Source of the DNA: an uncultured archaeon
GTDB lineage: Archaea > Asgardarchaeota > Thorarchaeia > Thorarchaeales > Thorarchaeaceae
Length of the DNA: 32,000 nt
Direction of reading: 5' to 3'
Assembly: GCA_964354495.1 (NCBI GenBank)
Contig: CAYHAA010000002.1
Coordinates: 30,001 to 62,000, forward strand
The translations under genes and the position numbers were made by a program. Within the stretch, counting starts at the first letter, position 1, and every line of letters begins with the position of its first letter. The notes under the pieces were generated by a model. The model made no database searches, was not told the origin of the DNA, and saw only the letters and a program-made list of their open reading frames with translations. This document shows positions 27,101 through 32,000 of the stretch, in pieces.

Positions 27101-28863
27101 GCCTGAACCATCCAACTGCCGGCTGGAGCAGACGATCCATCAAGCACAAATGTCGTGGATGTTGCATATCCGGTTCCGTTAGCGACTGGCTTCACAGTCA
27201 ACCACTCAAGCCCGTCTGGTCTGTATATGGTGATGTTGACAATCGATCCAGAGAAATCAGCGCCTACGTAAGCGCGCACTCTTGTCGTATCGCCAGCTCT
27301 GAGGGTAGGAGTACGAGTCCAACTGCTCGTATCTTGATCCCATAGCTCCAAGTCAGATATCATGTTTGGGGAACTGCTCAGAACTCGCCAATATCCGTAT
27401 CTGCCAGGCTCACTAGTGATATCATAGGTTGACACGTTGAGAAAGCCATCATTTGGATTACCTCCAGTCCAGCCGGATGTAAGATTCGTTGTCGGCGCGA
27501 GCGGCTGCCCAACGAAATAGACGTCTCGTGCTGCAGGAATTGTCTCATTGAAGAAGTAGCGATTCGCATATCCCACGGGGATGTCTGCCCTGAAGTACGA
27601 TGTAAAGTCGGTATCCGTTCCGTTTCTTACGACAAACCTCTCACCGTATGCTAACGGACTTATCTCGTAAAGGCTTTGTATGTCATAGTGACGTGCGAAT
27701 AGGCCGACTGCGACATCAAAGTCGACTCGAATCTCTTTGTTTGGACTCGGCGTGGACGGAATCGGAGTCCATGAGAAGGTGAGGACGACAGGTGAAGTAG
27801 TCCAAGGTGTGGCAGGAATCTGCGTTATTGAGCATGTCCCGCGTGAGGCTCCATTGCTGATGCTGAGACCATTCATCTGTAGACTTAGTTCACTCGGATT
27901 AGCCAAGGTCTTCAAGTACAGCTCGATATTATCAAACCTTCCCCGAGGATGAATATTGGGTTCATAACCCACCGCTGCAAGCGATTCTAGACCGATTCGT
28001 GTGGTTGCTGTCGTATCGCCAGGTAGTCCAAAAACAGACGGGTTGACAGTGATCAACCCCGAGTTGTACCATGTTTCTTCAGCTCCGATATCGCCGAATA
28101 CTTTTCGCCAGACGTCAGTACCCTCAATATTCGCGATGAGTCGAAACGAGCCAGTCATTCCATAGTGAGTATCATCTACTGTGTCCGCCCAGTAGTCTAG
28201 GCGTAGGGCCGCCCAGACCACTGTCCCGCGAGTTACTGTCGTTGCCTGTTGATAGGCGGCAATATCGCCGTCATCATAGTAATAGGTAGAACCGCCACTT
28301 GTGGAGTCTATATCGACCAGTATGCAATCATCATTCAATCCGTGCCCATCATTGAGCCATGATGATGTTGGAACGCTCGAGCCAGCAACGTTTGTGTTTG
28401 ACACAACCCAGTCAGCAGCGCTGTCCTGAAACCCAGGATTCGTTATCCAGGTTCTGTTCTCAGTCAGGCTTGAAATTTGCACTCTGGCTTCATAGGCTTC
28501 CCAACCAGTACCCATGTAGACACTCGTCTGGACTGTGGTTGTGCCACTGCCTGGAGTGTACTTCATTTGCCGGCCGAGGAAGGTATTGGTGCTGTTTCCG
28601 AATTCTGAACCGACAATCGGGTCACTGAAACCGCTCCATTCCGTCCAGCCTTGGTCTGTCAGGACAAACTTGTGCAACTGCTCATAGGGCGCAAGTTCCA
28701 CGAACTCGCCATTTCCGATATCAACCTTGCGAGTATCGTCAGAGGCGCCAGCATTCAGCGTAGGAATTGTTCGTAGAACCGATGCCTGCGGAGCAAAGAT
28801 TATTGGAGCTACCATGAGAGCTATCAAGATTGCCAGTGGTAATAGGTGTCTGATGTCTTTCAC
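21109..28863 (-). CDS. Giant (2584 aa) single-pass surface protein: signal peptide, ~600 aa tip region, ~17 Ig-like repeats, TM, 184 aa cytoplasmic tail
   Basis: N-terminal hydrophobic signal; beta-rich ~100 aa repeats; about 40 N-x-S/T sequons by manual tally; TM near 21664-21740; charged helical tail. Confidence 0.9.
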   Translation of the reverse strand: MKDIRHLLPLAILIALMVAPIIFAPQASVLRTIPTLNAGASDDTRKVDIGNGEFVELAPYEQLHKFVLTDQGWTEWSGFSDPIVGSEFGNSTNTFLGRQMKYTPGSGTTTVQTSVYMGTGWEAYEARVQISSLTENRTWITNPGFQDSAADWVVSNTNVAGSSVPTSSWLNDGHGLNDDCILVDIDSTSGGSTYYYDDGDIAAYQQATTVTRGTVVWAALRLDYWADTVDDTHYGMTGSFRLIANIEGTDVWRKVFGDIGAEETWYNSGLITVNPSVFGLPGDTTATTRIGLESLAAVGYEPNIHPRGRFDNIELYLKTLANPSELSLQMNGLSISNGASRGTCSITQIPATPWTTSPVVLTFSWTPIPSTPSPNKEIRVDFDVAVGLFARHYDIQSLYEISPLAYGERFVVRNGTDTDFTSYFRADIPVGYANRYFFNETIPAARDVYFVGQPLAPTTNLTSGWTGGNPNDGFLNVSTYDITSEPGRYGYWRVLSSSPNMISDLELWDQDTSSWTRTPTLRAGDTTRVRAYVGADFSGSIVNITIYRPDGLEWLTVKPVANGTGYATSTTFVLDGSSAPAGSWMVQAITNNLGADGERTSVGLFKRPFGVVHASDIVLIYPNDAVGTMVTNVTFGDLLLIILEVEDTDSYSPTVLVPGGTMTLDWSLGVGTFDDNGNGQYTKVIDTSGLSRSGQYVMDLEWTHPYFDSSSTDLTINVNYAATLASPDYPGISGPVGDDQSFTAVFANVNGTGISEGNLWCDWSNPYTVVSLGMGQFEFQLDVSGMEIGEYPVRVYATGSFVEPQTMLMYVEAREIYTSITYTSNQLSIPLGEASSFLLTWTDTDHGTPITGSSSSITCNWTSFHISGDTNYTVVETLPGKYNITIFTKSSDPLTGSDFIDVRFNVMKDDHLNHTFDIAVEIRKRNTLFVLDAPIVQTPYGSTITVLVFYQDTELRVGIGNFTGEVRLTMTSPEIGSIVCSVAQSSLGLGHYNVSIPSDQWGSIGWKDLYILIEWTGIVDKFYSQTIDTSARITGTDTDLYLELAPTATYYLNTFNFTVIYWDTVSLQRISNSTDNVFLRITALDAGNSVTQSDFTVIESESVPGTYVFILDSSLFSSTDTFRFELSFMWRKGQSPLYENGTMVVSLILLDRPTYVDYTPVASTPYGEQAEFLFSFVDTLTSLKIGESIQLDIDLNDAGVTFTYSYNPATKEFTLYIDTASIGSVGTHVLHLNLTWTGAPFYASIQSKTFSVNVVTRATQLSHLSFSLGQWGNNITIVFVYTDIIAGSATGMTGTLTLNIPADKYTVVYSPEGRFIVTLNTTAFPADGIYSVTAAVVHTYPYYANAVEVFDISVLKRSTQLGYDSPDRAPYSSNLTLYVTYVDDSTGRGIPGAAIAVSGNGSYALVLNSNYWFKYVGDGRYLIEVDTTALGAPGYYLLTVTVTFIGEPFYLPGSRDVLARVTTRTTQILITQTPGSVSFLENVVLRFKFTDYLLGTKIAITKSHITLTHGPLYTVIASGSYTLNEYSTYYEIVFNSTIISPDALVTGHPIQMTIDLGPGVPYYAPRSTSTTASTVERSTQILFPLVEDTPYFDNITIELSYVDYLTGAGIDDAQLLITSGNWSSPQYTLVRQGDGNYRILINSSIFGYTGIVFFDFTLSKSGAPFYSTRITLAVPATIREVQTSLIADAPPAGSTAVGAPIVVVITLVDFDHDLPLSGAVISSDWTTLFGRSYSVAELGNGVYTITLNTTGLLAQRYDFHAYANKPFYQTALAEIFVQPGAATVEIFLERSTYYAEWGELVNITFQVLEPYYSTPVTGMTASLLWDGMLYGFSEVGNGYYTLLVDSSDTDFGVYSPQISVTKQYYQPRQRTFNLIVSKATGQIIPDFSTYEVVIDTSIDVQLYLNDTVSAMSVTTATVTMEFNGTVYPLSHLGGGVYSANLLVYGFAVGQYPLTLRATSVNHVFLETIIGINVVPIYTELKLASGVTVLTVYFGDTLSILAVYNDTFYSALVGGADVSYTIGSLTGVLTEETNHTYSAVIDVSSLPSQSIYLRLTASKFGYSTATKSIIVTILPIPTSATVDEGSTLESGYFGAPLSFKFYYDDLQHYVGIGGANVIASWEGGTPTVTDYDNGTYRVDLVITVTTPGIYDLVVRFNLQNYTARTAIARIEVYATPAAIYGPTTYSSPINDTIVIPYHVKNMLDNSTISDVIGIAYSADLGEYELLLMPNGNYTLNLPGDLQYETYGFDIYFATTKYTMSPIHLDVIIRRIMTAAVHGNLTIQIQPGVSFSFTTTYMDLDHNIPITGGSYSLELDLNLFTYYNQSTLDEDGTYTFYFLLTQGGTHAIIINIVKEGYDAQQIRLVIKSDISAEQAFQQLVTFAGGSGVLIVALLLVGYVKVWSIPKQIRIMSRMIRALAKGRVPKAPKSPTRQDMAMTIVNEEIASLHLVKPREDVAPEPIVTTVPEVNELLEELASITGLGEAEIDAFRADLSRMRASERPGFLKEVIDQEKARRADVLAKPVKVVAKKEEVPLQDMPGELDDLRKKLLKKGMASDEIDIIIEEAKGLSKADLDALLDSLGISLD
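21745..27024 (-). repeat. About 17 tandem degenerate ~100 aa Ig-like protein repeats
   Basis: Recurring pattern T-x-L...Y/W-G...Y-x-D...I-x-G-A...G-x-G-x-Y-x-I-x-I-D/N-T...F-Y; no clear nucleotide-level repeat. Confidence 0.75.
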
Positions 28864-31800
28864 TCTTCCGACCCTCCTATTTCACGAAGTAGTGCGTCTA
28901 TCTCAGCTCTAGATAGATTGCGAGCCTGCTCGATCATGAGGTCTGCCTCAGTTTCCGCAATTCCCATCTTCATCAATCGCTCCTTGAGGTGTCTGAGCTC
29001 CTCATTAGAGAGCTTCTCAACTTCGATGCTTGGGCGTTTCTCGGGCGTGACGCCCTCAGTCTCGGCAAGCTCCCTAGCTCGCCGAGCACGTTCCTGTTTC
29101 AAGACTTCATTGATGAAGCCGGCACGTTCACTCGGCCTCATCTGGTCGAGATCCCTCCGAAGGGTATCAACATCGCTTGCGGTCAGACCAACCACAATTG
29201 CGAGGTCTTCAAGCAGAGCTTCGACATCCATTGCGGCAACATCGACTGTCGAAACTGAAATGTCCTCAATGGTCTTAACTACGGCTACACCTGCAAGTTC
29301 CTCTTTCATCATGGCCAGCAGCATATTGCGTCGTACTGGAACATTCGCTGGTTTGGGAATGCGGCCTCTCCCAAGAACCGACACCATGCGTCGCAGAGTC
29401 CGAAGCAGCTTTGGAACTGATAGTACCTTGATGTACAAGGTTGCAAGAGCTGCCAGTGCCAACATACCAAGTGCAGAGAACCCGAAGGTCCTAGCAAGTG
29501 CTAGCTGCGCCGCGCTCAGTTCGGTATAGATATCCAGTTCTACTGACGAAGTCTGATAGTCCGCCTTGCTGAAATCGATGCGAAGGCTATAGAACGCCAA
29601 GTTGGGGGCGCGGAAAGCAAGTGTATAGGTCCCGTTGCCCCAGTTAATGTCCAGATTATATTCCCTGATAATTCCGTCATCAATAACATTAATGATAGCA
29701 TCAGTGATCATTGTGTCATGGTCCTTATCCCAAAATGTGACATTGATAAGGAAGACATCACCGACATAGATGTGTGAGGGTGGCTCAGTATAAGTCTTAT
29801 CTGTCAGGATTCGCCGGATGGTCAAATAATGCTCAATCTCCATTCTCGAGTAGTTTGCTCTTGAGAGAGATATTCTGATTCTGTAGGGGAGATCTCTGTA
29901 TTGAAGAGGTGTCGCCAGATTTGTTTCATTCGGCCCAAATACATACGAACCATTTCCGAGATTCGTTAGAGTAGCAGTCCCGAATTCCCACACAGCAGTG
30001 GCGACAGCGTCAGTAACCCATGCATCATTGAGGGTGTCTCTAAAATTGAAAAGCATTGAATAGTTGTCATATACTGGATACTCGGCTTCAAGAGGACCTT
30101 CTATTTGTGTGGGGATGGGCATCACAAGCAGTTTGGCAAGCCCGTAGGCGAACCTGTAGTTCTCTTTCCTGAAAGTCAAAGATATGTCGTGTGGTATCGC
30201 TCCAGCTGATGCAATAGACGTATTCAGAGTAAGACTGTACGTCCCATTTGCATAATCCACAAGCGATCCTCGTGTTTGCTCCAGAGTGTAGTTCGTGATT
30301 GCGCCCGCTATTCCTTCGTTTGCATGAGTGTCATTGAACAAGAAGTAGAATGTCACAATCTCACCGTAGTAGCCTGCAATCGTACCACTAGTGAGGATCA
30401 CAATCGCAGTTTCGATTTGTTCAACTGTCAATGTGAAGTCAAATTGAGACGGGGTGAATCCCGGTTTAACACTGGATATGGATACAGTCCATTCTTGCAC
30501 GCTGAGGAATGATGTGTCAACGAAGGCGCTGTAGTAGCCAGGAGTTGCCAACTCTACTAGACTGCCAACGATGGAGCCCACCCCAAAACTGAGAGTAGCG
30601 CCATCGACAGGCAGATTGAGATCAGTATTGTTCAGATACACGGTGATAATGACAATATCCCTGTAGTTGCCTGAGATTACTGTGTTGGAAATTGGGACGA
30701 GCTGCGTTTTTATCTCTGTAATCTCAATTGTCACCACAGTGCTAACGCTCTTGTAGTTAGGGGAGGAGGCTTGGATGAGAATATGGTGGTTGCCAACCGG
30801 AGCGCCATTCACTACAAAGGAACCAACATATTTGCCATCGATGGCTGACCAGTCAATGAAACCGCTGCCGCCAACCCAGGAGAATTGAACTAATCCGTCC
30901 ACTGAGATTGGAAGGCTGGTAGCATACTCAAGGTAATCAACATAGACCGTGACTGTCTCACCGTTGACAGCGGAGATTGGATCGATGGACGCAACAATCT
31001 TCGCAGCGATTTTTTCTATGCGGATCTGGAAGTCCCGCAGCGCTGTTTCGTAGTTGACCAGAGAGGACTGCACTCGAATCGTGTACTCACCTGAGGTCAA
31101 TGAAGAAGTGAGAACGGTACAATTGTACAGACCATCAGCCACGGGTGTCATATCGAAGGTCAGTAGACCAATCGTCAGATTGACATCTGCTCCAACAACT
31201 GGGAAGCCCGTCCTAGCATCTGTGATATTTGCTTGGAACTCCACACTATCGCCCCACATGGGACTCTGAGGAGTGAAGATCAGCTCAAGCAAAACAGGCA
31301 CTGCCGCGAGAAGAATGTCCGCCTCAATACTCTGACTCAGATGGAGGTATTTGCTTGCATTCACAATGAACCGATATTGCTGAGCATTGAGTCCAGAGGT
31401 GTTGATTGACATCTGGTATATGCCAGGTGCTATTTCCACAATAGTGGTGTCAGTCCCGTATCGTGTGAACCAATCAGTTGTTATGGTAGCACTTGGTACT
31501 CCTGTGCCAAATGCAATGGCTGTGTAGGTGATGTTGGCATAGACCATATCGCCGAGATAGTGTGTGACTCCCTCGGGCAAAACAAAGCTCAGAGTCGTGG
31601 ATACTGGATTCACGGATATGCCGAATTTCACACCAATAACGTCGCGATAAAATGGACTGCCAGACCATGTGAAATTGGCTTGGAAGAAGTACCTGCCAAG
31701 GCCAGCTAGACTATTCGAGTCCACAATGACCGCGTAAGTACCATCAGAATTGTCGATAATCCAATAGTCAAAGCTCGATGTGTTCGAGCAGCTCACGCTG

Positions 31801-32000
31801 ACACTGGCACCAAGAATTGGAGCACCGGTCAAATAGTCGCTGAAACGTAGGAGAGCAGTCACATTGAAGTAGTAGTAGCCGGGTGGCGTCTGCAGCACCG
31901 CCGCTTGGGTGAATCGTGCTACGATAGAAACCTCTGTCGAAGAGGACGCATTTCCATAGTATGGAGTGACGTCGCCCCATACAAATAGTATGGATATCAG
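28860..32000 (-). CDS. Second giant surface protein, paralog of 21109-28863 (5' end outside the window)
   Basis: The frame is open from 32000 (LISILFVWGDVTPYYGNASSSTEVSIVARFTQAAV-LQTPP...). Eight full repeats, TM and a 186 aa tail. Its TGA overlaps the downstream GTG start (GTGA). Confidence 0.9.
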   Translation of the reverse strand: MISILFVWGDVTPYYGNASSSTEVSIVARFTQAAVLQTPPGYYYFNVTALLRFSDYLTGAPILGASVSVSCSNTSSFDYWIIDNSDGTYAVIVDSNSLAGLGRYFFQANFTWSGSPFYRDVIGVKFGISVNPVSTTLSFVLPEGVTHYLGDMVYANITYTAIAFGTGVPSATITTDWFTRYGTDTTIVEIAPGIYQMSINTSGLNAQQYRFIVNASKYLHLSQSIEADILLAAVPVLLELIFTPQSPMWGDSVEFQANITDARTGFPVVGADVNLTIGLLTFDMTPVADGLYNCTVLTSSLTSGEYTIRVQSSLVNYETALRDFQIRIEKIAAKIVASIDPISAVNGETVTVYVDYLEYATSLPISVDGLVQFSWVGGSGFIDWSAIDGKYVGSFVVNGAPVGNHHILIQASSPNYKSVSTVVTIEITEIKTQLVPISNTVISGNYRDIVIITVYLNNTDLNLPVDGATLSFGVGSIVGSLVELATPGYYSAFVDTSFLSVQEWTVSISSVKPGFTPSQFDFTLTVEQIETAIVILTSGTIAGYYGEIVTFYFLFNDTHANEGIAGAITNYTLEQTRGSLVDYANGTYSLTLNTSIASAGAIPHDISLTFRKENYRFAYGLAKLLVMPIPTQIEGPLEAEYPVYDNYSMLFNFRDTLNDAWVTDAVATAVWEFGTATLTNLGNGSYVFGPNETNLATPLQYRDLPYRIRISLSRANYSRMEIEHYLTIRRILTDKTYTEPPSHIYVGDVFLINVTFWDKDHDTMITDAIINVIDDGIIREYNLDINWGNGTYTLAFRAPNLAFYSLRIDFSKADYQTSSVELDIYTELSAAQLALARTFGFSALGMLALAALATLYIKVLSVPKLLRTLRRMVSVLGRGRIPKPANVPVRRNMLLAMMKEELAGVAVVKTIEDISVSTVDVAAMDVEALLEDLAIVVGLTASDVDTLRRDLDQMRPSERAGFINEVLKQERARRARELAETEGVTPEKRPSIEVEKLSNEELRHLKERLMKMGIAETEADLMIEQARNLSRAEIDALLREIGGSEE

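Noticed and set aside
21182-29529. Long antisense ORFs 21182-21679 and 28846-29529 opposite both cytoplasmic tails
   Set aside because: They are Ser-rich shadow frames produced by Glu/Leu/Arg codon usage in helical coding regions.
1238-31980. Remaining short ORFs nested in or antisense to well-supported genes
   Set aside because: Fully overlapped by motif-supported CDSs and have no family signatures.
21109-32000. Cadherin or integrin homology of the giant proteins; nucleotide tandem repeats, inteins or diversity-generating retroelement targets
   Set aside because: No cadherin Ca-binding motifs (DxNDN, LDRE) or integrin signatures; repeats are visible only at protein level; no intein or reverse transcriptase motifs.
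1-32000. CRISPR arrays, transposases, integrases, rRNA or tRNA genes
   Set aside because: No regularly spaced repeats or characteristic motifs were seen by manual reading; a tRNAscan/Infernal run would be the decisive check.

Overview
Gene-dense archaeal window. Gene content and protein style suggest an Asgard archaeon, probably Thorarchaeia-like; this is inference, as no marker rRNA is present. From left to right: iorAB; a TrxB-like/ferritin-like/CxxS-thioredoxin redox cluster; isoaspartyl peptidase; a MacB/LolD-type ABC ATPase plus FtsX-type permease; a small anchored Ig-like protein; a ~660 nt intergenic region with a strongly base-paired candidate RNA and palindromic sites; a 605 aa PIN-domain protein with an acidic-tailed membrane partner; a cupin; a TIGR00725-PPP phosphatase-membrane protein operon; a DUF362-UbiA(DPPR synthase-like)-PHP-UPF0104 operon; tyrS; and two tandem, translationally coupled giant single-pass surface proteins (2584 aa, and >1046 aa running off the window end). 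No rRNA, tRNA, CRISPR array or transposase was recognised. The best leads are: (1) the giant Ig-repeat pair, whose ~185 aa cytoplasmic tails are far more conserved than their ectodomains (receptor/adhesin-like system); (2) an ABC ATPase with a C-terminal hairpin resembling the ESCRT-I steadiness box; (3) an unassigned structured RNA at 10617-10867 near the long PIN nuclease gene; (4) a possible polyprenyl-phosphoribose (pentosylation) pathway. All alignments, counts and folds were done by eye and need computational confirmation.
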